From the IMG/VR virus record IMGVR_UViG_3300032007_000027: 64,000 nucleotides of DNA. One strand, 5' to 3'. Shown in pieces: positions 48,445-59,004 of this stretch (position 1 is its first letter; every line of letters begins with the position of its first letter). The position numbers and the translations under genes were made by a program. The notes under the pieces are model-generated. The model ran no database searches. It was not told the origin of the DNA and saw nothing but the letters and a program-made list of their open reading frames with translations. The stretch is from a virus. Taxonomy: Duplodnaviria; Caudoviricetes.

Positions 48445-48723
48445 ATGTTTGAGTTGCATATTACATCGACAAAAGATATTGATAAAATACAGATTGATTT
48501 CAGCGATGGAAAAAGTTGCGTTGCAAGCAAGCCGGATAAAACTGATAAACTGGATAAGCCTTGCAGAAAAGAAAAAACAGAAAAAACATTTAAAAACTCT
48601 AGGGACAGTATTGAAACGTATAACGATGACGAACAAAGTTCGGTGATAGTTGAAAAGCCGGAAATACCGGATGCACCGAACACACCGAATGTTGAAAAAT
48701 ATTTAAACGGACTGGAATTTTAA
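48445..48723 (+). CDS. small protein upstream of ParM
   Basis: IDKIQIDF; ends YLNGLEF. Confidence 0.6.
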   Translation: MFELHITSTKDIDKIQIDFSDGKSCVASKPDKTDKLDKPCRKEKTEKTFKNSRDSIETYNDDEQSSVIVEKPEIPDAPNTPNVEKYLNGLEF

Positions 48724-48734
48724 GGAAAAATTAA

Positions 48735-49718
48735 ATGCTAATACTTGGATTGGATATTGGATACGGGTCAACCAAATGTATTTTGATGGAAAATGACCAA
48801 ATCCTTAAGAAGTTCAAAATTGAATCTGTTATAGGAATTACACAAAAGAATTCATATATTAAGGATTCAAGAACTTTTGAATACAAAGATCATTCATATT
48901 ACGTTGGTGAAGATGCTTTATCCTTGCCATCGGAAAATCTTATTGATATTACAGAATACAAAAACCTTGCATACTATGCACCATTGTTTATTGCAAAGGT
49001 TTTAAAGATTTTAGAAACTGACTTGCAGGGCAAGATGCCGGATATACTTGTTTCGGGTTTATCAAAGGCACAGATTCAGTTCAGCGGTCATTTCAGAGAA
49101 GCTATTTCATCATTCGATGTTAATGAGCGTCATTATGAGTTTCCGAAGATTTACATCATTCCTCAAGGTGCTGGGTCTAAGCTGTGTATTGACAAATACG
49201 GCAGAGATTTCCCAAATCCACAAAGGGAATTCACCGGTAATTCATCATATATCGGTGTTGATATCGGGTTCAGTACCCTCGATATGTTCCGTGTTGTTGA
49301 CGGAAAAACAAGTGCATCCGTGTTCGAGGGTATTGAGCATGAAGGCATTATGAAGATTGCATCTAAGATTTCACAGTTAATCAAAGAAAAACATAACCGT
49401 GAAATATCTTTACATGAAGCTAAAGAGATTTTAGATACAGGAATATACAAATTAAGAAGTAATCAATATGATTATAAATCAGATATTGATAACATCAAAA
49501 AAGAGTATATAATAAACTTAATGAAACTGATTGAAACAAAGTACGGTAAAATTCTTGATAAGTGTGATTTCATATTCTTATCCGGTGGGGGTTCAGCTTT
49601 CTTCAATTCAGCTAAGTATGAAGATAATGAGATTAGAGTACCGAAAAGCAATTATGAATACTATAATGCTTTAGGCATGGCTTTATTTGGTTTAGAGAGA
49701 TCGAAGTTAACTAATTAG
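48735..49718 (+). CDS. ParM/StbA-family actin-like ATPase
   Basis: GLDIGYGSTK, IPQGAG, VDIGFSTLD, LSGGGS. Confidence 0.85.
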   Translation: MLILGLDIGYGSTKCILMENDQILKKFKIESVIGITQKNSYIKDSRTFEYKDHSYYVGEDALSLPSENLIDITEYKNLAYYAPLFIAKVLKILETDLQGKMPDILVSGLSKAQIQFSGHFREAISSFDVNERHYEFPKIYIIPQGAGSKLCIDKYGRDFPNPQREFTGNSSYIGVDIGFSTLDMFRVVDGKTSASVFEGIEHEGIMKIASKISQLIKEKHNREISLHEAKEILDTGIYKLRSNQYDYKSDIDNIKKEYIINLMKLIETKYGKILDKCDFIFLSGGGSAFFNSAKYEDNEIRVPKSNYEYYNALGMALFGLERSKLTN

Positions 49719-49726
49719 AGGTTATA

Positions 49727-50452
49727 ATGTTTAGTACTGAATTAACTAATTTTTTAAAAAGTGTAAGTAAAATATCAAATTCGATAATTTTACGTTCACC
49801 GGTGACTTATGGTAAATCCGAAGTTAATGATATTTCATTTTCTTTCAATCTTACCTCAGTAAGTGAAGATGAAAATGATACATTCGATGGTGATATCGGT
49901 TTGTTCAACTTGAACGGTTTTTTAAATGTTCTTGGATTGTTCGGTGATAACTCGGATGAACGTGATGTGGTAATTGAAAACAACTGCATCAATATCTCAA
50001 ATGAACATTCAAAAGCAAGATACCTGATGACTGCACCGCAGTTGTTATCAGCTTTTGAGTTCAAGCCGGAACAGATGGATATTGTTGACAGCAAGCCTAG
50101 CGTTGCTGAATTTGTATTGACTCAGGATGATATTAAAAAGTTACGCAGTGCATCTGCTGCACTTGATGAACTTAAATTTATCGAGTTCAAGGGCGAGGAT
50201 GGTGTTGAAATCTCCTTATCATCAGTAGGCAAGTTCAATGCATCTTCTAATACATATACATTAAAAAAGTCTTGCGATACACATAAAAACTTTGATATAC
50301 TTATATCATTAGAAACATTTATGCGTATTCCGTTGCATGACTATACTGTATGTGTTAAATACAATGAAGCCCGTGATGAATTTAGAATTTTAATGAAATC
50401 TAATAATGTAAAAAGTTTTAGATTACAAGTGACCGTAAAACCAAAGCAGTAA
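49727..50452 (+). CDS. sliding clamp (gp45-like)
   Basis: LKSVSKISNSI...IGLFNLNGFL pattern; size and context. Confidence 0.75.
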   Translation: MFSTELTNFLKSVSKISNSIILRSPVTYGKSEVNDISFSFNLTSVSEDENDTFDGDIGLFNLNGFLNVLGLFGDNSDERDVVIENNCINISNEHSKARYLMTAPQLLSAFEFKPEQMDIVDSKPSVAEFVLTQDDIKKLRSASAALDELKFIEFKGEDGVEISLSSVGKFNASSNTYTLKKSCDTHKNFDILISLETFMRIPLHDYTVCVKYNEARDEFRILMKSNNVKSFRLQVTVKPKQ

Positions 50453-50468
50453 TATAAGAGAGGAAAAA

Positions 50469-51482
50469 ATGAGTATAGATTTGAATAATTTAGACTTAAA
50501 TGCTTTTGATTTCAATCAGATTGAAAAACAGACCGGTGTAAATCCTTTTGAACAGGATAAGAAAAGCTATGTAGATGAAAGATTCTACACCTTAACAAAA
50601 GATAAAGATATGAAAGGTCAGGCAATTATTGCATTTTTGCCGGATATGAAGTTTCATACCTTGATTCAGATGTATAAAATCAATACAACTATTACTAAGC
50701 AGACCATTGATGCTACAACTAAAGAGCCAAAAACTCAAAAACGTTATAAATCAATCTGGTCCCCTAAGAGTATTGGTCTTGCAGATCCGTTCCATGAAAC
50801 TTATGTTTCCATGTGGGAAAAGGATTCCGATACTGCAAGAAAATATAAACCTCAAAAGAGATTTATTGCAAATATAAAGATAATCAAAGATCCGGCAAAC
50901 AAGGATAATGAGGGTAAAATTTTCCTTTACGAGTTTTCACAGTCAATGGCTAACAAGCTTATGGAAGCCTTGAATCCGTCAGAAACCGATTTGCAGATGG
51001 GTGTAACACGTAAAGAGATTTTCAATCCATTGAAAGGCTGGGTATTTGTTCTGAAATGCCAGAAAGGAACTAACGGTATCGTAACATATGATTCATCACA
51101 GTTCCAGTTCATGGGTGATGGAAAGTCTATTTACGGTGATTTAGCTAACTTTGATGATGTGAAAGCTAAGTGTGCTGAAGATTTGAGAAAGACTTATGAT
51201 TTGGATGAATTCAAAGATCCGGCAAACTTCAAGTCATATCAGGAACTTCAGAATGACTTATACTATGTGAGTTACGGTGAGTTCGGTGTTCCGGCTCAGG
51301 GTGAAACCCCGAATATTAACATCGAAAAACATGCTACCGTTGAGCCAAAAGCTGAAGTTAAAGATTCACAGGAAGTTCAAGTTGCACCGGTGCAGACAGT
51401 ACAAGCTGTTTCACAGCCAGCACCGCAACCGCAAACTACTGCAAAATCTGAATTTGATGACTTGCTTAACTCTCTAAGCTAA
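50469..51482 (+). CDS. single-stranded DNA-binding protein (gp32-like)
   Basis: DERFY, ANIKIIKDPAN..NEGKIFLY, FKSY.EL, acidic tail. Confidence 0.9.
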   Translation: MSIDLNNLDLNAFDFNQIEKQTGVNPFEQDKKSYVDERFYTLTKDKDMKGQAIIAFLPDMKFHTLIQMYKINTTITKQTIDATTKEPKTQKRYKSIWSPKSIGLADPFHETYVSMWEKDSDTARKYKPQKRFIANIKIIKDPANKDNEGKIFLYEFSQSMANKLMEALNPSETDLQMGVTRKEIFNPLKGWVFVLKCQKGTNGIVTYDSSQFQFMGDGKSIYGDLANFDDVKAKCAEDLRKTYDLDEFKDPANFKSYQELQNDLYYVSYGEFGVPAQGETPNINIEKHATVEPKAEVKDSQEVQVAPVQTVQAVSQPAPQPQTTAKSEFDDLLNSLS

Positions 51483-51589
51483 TTTTTAATTTTTCACATG
51501 GATGTGAAACGTTAAAAATATAAATATAAGCAAAAGCATTTGAAAGGATTTTGAATGTCTTTTGCTTATTTAGTTTAAAGGGCAAAATT

Positions 51590-51904
51590 ATGAAGTTTTC
51601 AGATTTAGTAGCAAAGCCGAAAGTTGAAAATTCTGATACTGAAATAGCAACCAAGCTGTTACAAATCCAGAAGTCTAACACACCGGCAGCAAAAACCCCG
51701 GTAGTAAAAGCTACAAAAAAGAATCTTAAACAATATTCTATCATGGATATTTTAAGAGCATCTAATATTAAAATTAAGAACATTACACCTGATAATAATG
51801 CAGTATCAATTGAATTGTATTCAATACCTGATAATATTGATATAATTCTAAGAGATTTAAACTACACTATTGTTGGAAATTCTATTATCGTTGAGATTGA
51901 ATAA
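51590..51904 (+). CDS. hypothetical protein
   Basis: ATG at 51590. Confidence 0.6.
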   Translation: MKFSDLVAKPKVENSDTEIATKLLQIQKSNTPAAKTPVVKATKKNLKQYSIMDILRASNIKIKNITPDNNAVSIELYSIPDNIDIILRDLNYTIVGNSIIVEIE

Positions 51905-51909
51905 GGACT

Positions 51910-52203
51910 TTGACTATGAGTATTACATTAGACAATGAAGTTAAAAAATTAACATCTGAATATGCATTACGTTATCTTAACCTTGAACTTGAAATGAAGA
52001 AAATCAAGGAAGATATGAAAGCATTAAAAAGCGAATACGAAGAGCAGGGTCTTGAAACATCGGTGGTTCTTAAAGCATTGAGAATGTACAAGACAGACAG
52101 AAAACTTGCACCGAAAATCGATGAACTGATTGCATATAAAGATTTACTTGCATTCGATGATAGCATCGTAGATAAAATTGCTGAATTAGAAGCAAAAAAT
52201 TAA
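51910..52203 (+). CDS. DsbA/GapR-like dsDNA-binding protein
   Basis: E.K.IKEDMKALK.E...QG......KAL pattern; near gp32. Confidence 0.6.
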   Translation: MTMSITLDNEVKKLTSEYALRYLNLELEMKKIKEDMKALKSEYEEQGLETSVVLKALRMYKTDRKLAPKIDELIAYKDLLAFDDSIVDKIAELEAKN

Positions 52204-52249
52204 AAAATTATAAATATATAATAATATATTAATAATTTGGAAAAATTTT

Positions 52250-52873
52250 ATGTTTGTAACATTAAAAGAATTTTTTGATAATTTCAGAATTCGCAACGGT
52301 GATAAACCGAACGAAACGGTTTTTAACCGACCGCTGTTTCGTTTGAAACGTGAAATTCGAGAATTGAAAAGCGTTCTTGATATTTTAACCGGTGTTCCGA
52401 TTGAAACTTGGAGTACTGTTAAATTCTATGAACGTGATGAGTACGTTTCATACAATGGCGGTTTTTATCGTTCAGCAATTGACGGCAATGTAGGCAATCA
52501 ACCGGACCAGTCTGATAAATGGGTTCTTGAGCAGATATCCGCCGGTGGTTCTTCTATTCCTAAATTCCGTATTAAAACTGTTTCAAGCGGTTACAGTACT
52601 GTCGATACAGATTTTGACGGTAGAACCTTGTTGCGTGTTGAAAGTTCAAATAATGCAAACATAACAGTAACCAAACCGGCAAGCGAGGATTTTGTCGGTT
52701 TGACTTTAACTATTAGAAAAGTAAGCGGTGATAGTTCATCTTTAACTATCAAAGCCGGAACAAATGTAACAATCAGCCCTAACGATTTAACTACATTAAG
52801 ACGTATCGGAAGTACGGTTACATTGTTGTATATCGGTAATGGTGTATATGATGCATTTGGTGAATTACCATAG
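52250..52873 (+). CDS. virion protein with CBM5/12-like module
   Basis: W....Y..DEYVSYNG..Y......P......W; late promoter. Confidence 0.6.
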   Translation: MFVTLKEFFDNFRIRNGDKPNETVFNRPLFRLKREIRELKSVLDILTGVPIETWSTVKFYERDEYVSYNGGFYRSAIDGNVGNQPDQSDKWVLEQISAGGSSIPKFRIKTVSSGYSTVDTDFDGRTLLRVESSNNANITVTKPASEDFVGLTLTIRKVSGDSSSLTIKAGTNVTISPNDLTTLRRIGSTVTLLYIGNGVYDAFGELP

Positions 52874-52876
52874 GAT

Positions 52877-53218
52877 TTGCCATATGACTATACTGCAGAC
52901 ATTGATGGGGGTAAAATCGGTTGCGGATATTCTGAGAACAATTTAACCATATTTTATCGCCCAGAAGACCTAGATTACTTGAACTTCAACAAATGGAAGT
53001 TTACATTCGATTTTACGGCACTTTCAATCGAAAATAAGCCTATGTTTTACATTCTGTATAGGGATGTAAAGGTCTTTGAATTTGGTGCGAAATATTGCAA
53101 ATCTGAGGGGGTTCTGTGCAATTATAATTACACCGGTTCACATCATTGTGAATTATCTGCAAACATTCAAAACATGACATTAAATAACATAATCGAATTA
53201 TTGCGAGGTTTTGTATGA
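52877..53218 (+). CDS. hypothetical protein
   Basis: Coupled ORF. Confidence 0.45.
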   Translation: MPYDYTADIDGGKIGCGYSENNLTIFYRPEDLDYLNFNKWKFTFDFTALSIENKPMFYILYRDVKVFEFGAKYCKSEGVLCNYNYTGSHHCELSANIQNMTLNNIIELLRGFV

Positions 53219-53514
53219 AAGCATGGGAAAAAAGAGAAAAAGACAAAGAACGTACAGTTCTTGTATGCTTTGAATTGCTAGATGCAGTTATCAATAACAT
53301 GGACTATACACCTTTAGTCAATGAATTGAAAACAATAGACTTGAATACATTCAGAATAGGCAGAGAAAACAAATTTAAAGCGTTGTTTCACTGGGTTTTC
53401 CCAACAAACTGGGATGAAGAAGGGATTAAAAATTATAATTCTAAGGCAGATTATTATTATATATATAATACAATCAAAAATATTTGTAAAAAAGTGGTGA
53501 AAAATGAGATTTAA
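53215..53514 (+). CDS. hypothetical protein
   Basis: GAGG RBS. Confidence 0.55.
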   Translation: MKAWEKREKDKERTVLVCFELLDAVINNMDYTPLVNELKTIDLNTFRIGRENKFKALFHWVFPTNWDEEGIKNYNSKADYYYIYNTIKNICKKVVKNEI

Positions 53515-53580
53515 TAATATCAGTTAAAACCCACCTACATTCAAAGGTGGGTTTATTATAATTTTGTGATATAGTTCACA

Positions 53581-54633
53581 TTATCTAAATCTACGGCTTA
53601 ATCTTCTCATTCTTCCGAACCTTGAAAATCTATAGCTTTCGTTAGCTACTTTCTTATCATCTTTTTTAGCATCCTTTGGTTCATCATCCGTCATTGCATT
53701 TATGGATTTATCAGTATTATATTGGTCATGAACTTTCTTAACAGTATCAATAATGTACTCTAAAGACTTAGGACCATACTGTAATGAAATCAAGCATAGA
53801 TGTTTATAGAATTTGGATTTTTCCATAATCGAAACATCTCCTGCAGATACATCTTTTGACCATGTAACCCCTAGTTTCTTTTTTTCTTCATCTGTCATGT
53901 TTGGTTTTGCTTTGAGTGCCTTTTTGCTCCAGATTGATTTAATCTTATCTGTATTGCACTCTTTGCCCTTTTCGGATTTGAAAATAGATAAAAGCTTGTC
54001 AGCCCATTTGCCAATCCATCCGGCAATGGCTTTTGCATATTTGCTAATAGCACTTCGTATTCCGGCTGTGCTATCCCATGCGGTTTTTGCGATACTTTTA
54101 ACTTTACCCAATACTTCCTTTACACCTTCATCAACAATAGCAATTCTACCGTTTTGCATTTTTAAAACATTATCCAAACCGGTTGCATCAAGTTCCTTAC
54201 TGATAGTGGTTATCTGACTATATGTATCAAGTAGATGTTTGTTTATTTGATTGTCTGATTTGCCTTTTAAGTCATCAAGTACAATATCTTGAGTCTTAGA
54301 ATCATTTGTGAGGTTTTTATTTATTACATCAATCATTTTGGTTAATCTTGTATACCCAAGATACAAAAAGCATGGATATGTAATAAGCATAATAGATTCT
54401 AATTGCTTTTTAATAGCTTCTGAATTATCTTGTTTCTTATCTGTAGTTTGTTTATCGGTATTATCTTTGGTTTCTGCATCGGTTTCTTCCGGTGCATCTT
54501 CCTCATACAGATATTTTTTATTGAAGTAATCTGTATTATAAAAAGCATTATGTTTTAATTCATAAATACTTTCTCGAATAAACACTTTGCTTTCACGGTC
54601 TTTAACTCGGATAAATTCTTTGAATGACTGCAT
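53581..54633 (-). CDS. candidate internal head protein
   Basis: MQSFKEFI N-terminus like the T4 capsid-targeting sequence; IRES and ANES sites; late promoter. Confidence 0.65.
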   Translation of the reverse strand: MQSFKEFIRVKDRESKVFIRESIYELKHNAFYNTDYFNKKYLYEEDAPEETDAETKDNTDKQTTDKKQDNSEAIKKQLESIMLITYPCFLYLGYTRLTKMIDVINKNLTNDSKTQDIVLDDLKGKSDNQINKHLLDTYSQITTISKELDATGLDNVLKMQNGRIAIVDEGVKEVLGKVKSIAKTAWDSTAGIRSAISKYAKAIAGWIGKWADKLLSIFKSEKGKECNTDKIKSIWSKKALKAKPNMTDEEKKKLGVTWSKDVSAGDVSIMEKSKFYKHLCLISLQYGPKSLEYIIDTVKKVHDQYNTDKSINAMTDDEPKDAKKDDKKVANESYRFSRFGRMRRLSRRFR

Positions 54634-54746
54634 ATGGAATCCTTTTATTTAAAATTTTTATATATTTATATATTATATATAATAAAAATAAAAAAAGTTC
54701 CTTTTGCAAGGAACTTTGACATTTATGAGATATTTTATAGAGATAA

Positions 54747-55355
54747 TTAAAATCTTTTACGAATTTGCTTCAATTTATTAATGAAACGTGGATTAAGTTC
54801 AGCATAATCCAGCACTGCATTTTCAAATTCATCTAAATGTCTGTCTAATATGCACCAAAAAGCCGGATTACCGTCTTCATCTGCATAATCATCGAGATCA
54901 TCTTTTGCAATCCGCTTTTCCATATAGCTTGCAATGGCTTCCCAGTTTGAATAAATATCAATATCAATTGCATCAAATGTGCTGTCGTAGCCGATTTCAA
55001 GATATTCTTCACTTTTATTATATCTCAGGAACAAACCGGTATCATCATCCTCATACCAACCATGTTCAGCTTTTTTAAGATTTAAAAGTAAAATTGATTC
55101 TTTCCAATCATCTTCATAAACATTATTGATACGAAGACATTGACGTTCAAAATCTATATCAAAACCTAAGTTTGTAAGCTTGCGTATCATATCATTGTTT
55201 AGCAATCTTATGAACCCGTTATTGTCATCCGGCATTGCAAGTTCATCCGAACGCATAAAAACTTCTTGCGTCAAATCACCGATATCTTCCAAACTAAGTT
55301 CAAAATCTGCAGACTCATACATTCTGCGTGGTGGTTTTCTAAATTTGCGTATCAT
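54747..55355 (-). CDS. candidate internal head protein
   Basis: Basic leader ending MYES. Confidence 0.65.
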   Translation of the reverse strand: MIRKFRKPPRRMYESADFELSLEDIGDLTQEVFMRSDELAMPDDNNGFIRLLNNDMIRKLTNLGFDIDFERQCLRINNVYEDDWKESILLLNLKKAEHGWYEDDDTGLFLRYNKSEEYLEIGYDSTFDAIDIDIYSNWEAIASYMEKRIAKDDLDDYADEDGNPAFWCILDRHLDEFENAVLDYAELNPRFINKLKQIRKRF

Positions 55356-55406
55356 TTTGTTTTCCTTTTAAATTAACCCCCCTCAAAGAGGAAAGAGGGT
55401 TATGGG

Positions 55407-56693
55407 TTAAAATAAATCTTCTGTATTTGCAAAAATCCAATCTGCAATATCATTTGAAACAATATTTTCATATTGTTCTTCAAATGCTTTTTCTTCTTCC
55501 TCAGGACTATCATATTCATCTTCATAAGATTTGAATGAATCCCAAGAATCGTTCATTAAGTCATAGTAGAAAAGTTCTTTATTGTAAACTTCTTCCCAGT
55601 CACCATCTTCGTATTTTTCAACTATGAGATTAACATAAAGATTTGTGGTTGCCATATTGGTATGTTTTCTGAACACCAAAGAATACATATAATCGCCTTC
55701 TTGGTATTCTAATGTTTCAGAACCATTATAACGGCTTCTAAGCAGTTTCTTAACAGCTTTTTCAATAGCATCGTATGAGAATAATTCTTTGTTAATTTCA
55801 CTTTCGAATTTAGGTGCTGGGAACTCTGATTCGCATACAAATGATTCATTCAGTTTGCCTTTACTTAAACGAATAAAGTATGTCTTAAATGGTCTTTCAT
55901 CGATATCCCAACCGGTGAAAACTTTTCTAATCTTTGGAATATAGTTTGCAGTTTTTTCATTACGCTGATATTTGTCTTTGCCGGTCTGTTTGCCTTTACC
56001 TGATTTATCACCTTGATAAATCTTAAAGATGATTTCAGATACATCTGCACGTTTTGCAACTTGTTTAATTTCAGTAAGAATATCAGTTAAATCATCATCA
56101 ATAACATTTAATACGTTATTGCAGCAAATCATTTTCTTAGGATTGCTAGATGCAATGAACTTTTGTCTTTCATCTACATGAAATTTAGGGAATGGTTCAT
56201 AGTTGAATACTTTAGTACCGGCAAAGCGATCTTCTTTATTGTGTGCTTTGATATATTCTTTGCCTGTTCCAGTTCCGCAACCGTAATCAAGAATATCATA
56301 ACCGGCAAAATTAAAATCTGCTTTTGGTTTATATGTGGCTGGAACCTGTCCCGGAACGATTGTTCCACCGCCTGAAATATTCTGCTTTTCGTTTAAATAA
56401 CGTCCAAATCTTGATTCGGTGATACGAGATTTGCGTTCTTGATTTTTAGCATATCTTTTTATTTGCTTAATTGCTTGTTCATAGCTGCAAGTTAACAATT
56501 CGTATTCTTCTTCTGTCCAAATATCGGATTTACCATACCCACGGTGTTGTTCGATTTGATAAACATTACCGTCAGTATCGAGGATTACGTCATAACGATA
56601 CTGTGCAGATGCACCATCAAACTCAAAACTTTGATGTTTAGCAGTTCTGCCAATATCATCATAAATATTAAAAAATTCTTTCTTTTTCATCAT
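55407..56693 (-). CDS. multidomain protein with a central class I SAM methyltransferase
   Basis: ILDYGCGTG and NVLNVI; domains separated by ITES/LNE and LNES/VCES. Confidence 0.7.
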   Translation of the reverse strand: MMKKKEFFNIYDDIGRTAKHQSFEFDGASAQYRYDVILDTDGNVYQIEQHRGYGKSDIWTEEEYELLTCSYEQAIKQIKRYAKNQERKSRITESRFGRYLNEKQNISGGGTIVPGQVPATYKPKADFNFAGYDILDYGCGTGTGKEYIKAHNKEDRFAGTKVFNYEPFPKFHVDERQKFIASSNPKKMICCNNVLNVIDDDLTDILTEIKQVAKRADVSEIIFKIYQGDKSGKGKQTGKDKYQRNEKTANYIPKIRKVFTGWDIDERPFKTYFIRLSKGKLNESFVCESEFPAPKFESEINKELFSYDAIEKAVKKLLRSRYNGSETLEYQEGDYMYSLVFRKHTNMATTNLYVNLIVEKYEDGDWEEVYNKELFYYDLMNDSWDSFKSYEDEYDSPEEEEKAFEEQYENIVSNDIADWIFANTEDLF

Positions 56694-56889
56694 TTTTCCT
56701 TTATTTTTGAAAACCGCATTTTACTATTATTTATATTTTTCAAAAAAAAATAATCAAGATTTTGAAACATGTATTTCAAGTGAATTGGGATTATAAAGAA
56801 AACAAGCAATTATCACAATCAATCTGTTTGAAAGTCTTGTAATTTGTCAACCAAGTGATTAGATTGCAATAATTGCTCATTCTAAATGC

Positions 56890-57369
56890 CTACAGATAAT
56901 CTTCAATCTTTGCTTTGTCTAAGAACTTGATTAAAGAATCTTTATCTTCTTCATCATCTGCAATATCATCAAACAGATTATCAGCAAGTTCTTCAACGGC
57001 AGAACCGTAATCATAGCTGTCATCGTTGAATGCATCGATAAAGGTTTCTTTTAAAGCATCCTTATCAAATTCTTCTTCAAAATCATCATAATTACGGATT
57101 TCATCTTCTACTGCTGAAATACCTGCATCAAATCTTTCTTGAGCAAGGTCTGGAATAATCTTACCAATTAAACTTGCAACAAATTCCGGCTCAAACCAGA
57201 ATAAATCGTTTACTGCTGTATCTGTCCAACCGCCCTCAGGTGCATATCCATCATTTTCAAGGATTTCACCAATTTGATCTAATTCCTCAGATGTGAACTC
57301 TGCAGCCCATGTTTTTGCACCGGACCAGAATTCAAAATCTGATAAATTGATATCCTGATAAATTTTCAT
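56890..57369 (-). CDS. acidic hypothetical protein
   Basis: FEFWSGAK...TAVNDLFWFE motif. Confidence 0.7.
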   Translation of the reverse strand: MKIYQDINLSDFEFWSGAKTWAAEFTSEELDQIGEILENDGYAPEGGWTDTAVNDLFWFEPEFVASLIGKIIPDLAQERFDAGISAVEDEIRNYDDFEEEFDKDALKETFIDAFNDDSYDYGSAVEELADNLFDDIADDEEDKDSLIKFLDKAKIEDYL

Positions 57370-57474
57370 TTTTTGTTTCCTCTTTTTTGAACTTATGCTT
57401 GTATTATATAATATTTAAAATGCAAAAACAGTGATATACTTCACGTTTTTGCATTTTTCTTTTAAATATTTTAA

Positions 57475-59004
57475 TTATCGCCAGTATTCGTAAAAATCAT
57501 CAACATCTTTGCAGAATTTTTTGATTGCATCTAATGCTTTAGGGGTGAATGTTACTAATTCTGAAAGCATGAATAAGCAATTTCCCAAATCCCTAAGAAC
57601 TACAGCGATAATTGCATTTTTAATAACATCAGGTGTTATATCATCTGCAGATTTAAGTCTATAGTTTTCTTCAATATAGTTTTGAATAACGTCTATACCT
57701 TGATCTTCTGCAATGTCTTCAAGCAACCTTGTTGCAAATTCTAAATTATCGATACCGGATGCTTTCTGCCATACGTTTTTAATAGCTATATCTTCTAATT
57801 CAACAAATAAAGAATCATAGCCATAGTCATAAACATTTACATCGTAATAAGTACCTAAATCATTCTTTAGAACACTTTCGATGCTTTCACCGCCATAGTA
57901 CTCATCGAATCTTTCATAATCAATCGGTGGAAGTTCCGTACCTATGATTGTGCTGTAACGCATATAAATTGCATCTAATTTAATACCGTTTTTCTTAAAC
58001 AATGATTTGAAAGGTTCATAGATTTGATCTTCACCGGCAATAAAAGAATCTGCAATAGATGCAAGACTGCAGTTATTCAGATTTTCAACAACAATCATGT
58101 TATAAATATCTGCAAGCTGTGCATCACTGCATTGTGCAAGTACATCTTTTAAAAACTCTAAATCATAGGTTTCAGATTCTTTCAATGCTTTCTTGCAGTT
58201 TTCTTTTAAATTGAGTTTCTTTTTTCTTGACTCATACCAATCATTTGCAAGAATAATTGCAATAGCCTGAATATCAGATTTTTTAACTTTTAATCCATCG
58301 TAATAATATTTTTTTCTGGATATAGCCTCTTTGAATCTTGTAATACCGCCATGCCATACTTCACCATATTTTTTAAAATAATCATCAAGATATTCTGATG
58401 TTTTTGTAACAACATCGTTATAGATATTTTCATCATTCATAATGATATTATATATCTCATCACCATCATCTGACAATTTAATACCTTTTACAATATCAGA
58501 TGTTACAAATCCATTTGAACTTACATATTTTGAGTCATCTTTCAATGCGCCTTCATGTAATTCAGATTCTTTTAATGCTTTCTTGCAGTTTTCCTTTAAA
58601 TTAAGTTTAGCTTTTCTTGACTCATACCAGTCGTTAGCAAGAATAATTGCAATAGCCTGAATATCAGATTTTTTAACTTTTAATCTGCCGTAAGGATATG
58701 AATCTTTTACACTGGATACTGCGTATTTGAATTTTAAAATACCTCCACACCAAAATTGTAAATTACCCCATTTTTTAAAATAACTATCAAGATATTCATC
58801 TGTTTTTGTAACAACATCGTTATAGGTATTTTCATCATTCATAATGAAATTATATAACTCATCACCATCATCTGATAATTTAATATTTTTTACAATATCA
58901 GATGTTACAAATCCGTTTGAACTTACATATTTTAAGTCATTTTTCAATGCGCCTTCATGTAAAGGTCTTGATTTTGAACGGTTAACGTATTCTGAAAATC
59001 TCAT
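57475..59004 (-). CDS. candidate internal head protein with a tandem ~130-aa duplication
   Basis: LHEGALK...CKKALKES repeated twice. Confidence 0.75.
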   Translation of the reverse strand: MRFSEYVNRSKSRPLHEGALKNDLKYVSSNGFVTSDIVKNIKLSDDGDELYNFIMNDENTYNDVVTKTDEYLDSYFKKWGNLQFWCGGILKFKYAVSSVKDSYPYGRLKVKKSDIQAIAIILANDWYESRKAKLNLKENCKKALKESELHEGALKDDSKYVSSNGFVTSDIVKGIKLSDDGDEIYNIIMNDENIYNDVVTKTSEYLDDYFKKYGEVWHGGITRFKEAISRKKYYYDGLKVKKSDIQAIAIILANDWYESRKKKLNLKENCKKALKESETYDLEFLKDVLAQCSDAQLADIYNMIVVENLNNCSLASIADSFIAGEDQIYEPFKSLFKKNGIKLDAIYMRYSTIIGTELPPIDYERFDEYYGGESIESVLKNDLGTYYDVNVYDYGYDSLFVELEDIAIKNVWQKASGIDNLEFATRLLEDIAEDQGIDVIQNYIEENYRLKSADDITPDVIKNAIIAVVLRDLGNCLFMLSELVTFTPKALDAIKKFCKDVDDFYEYWR

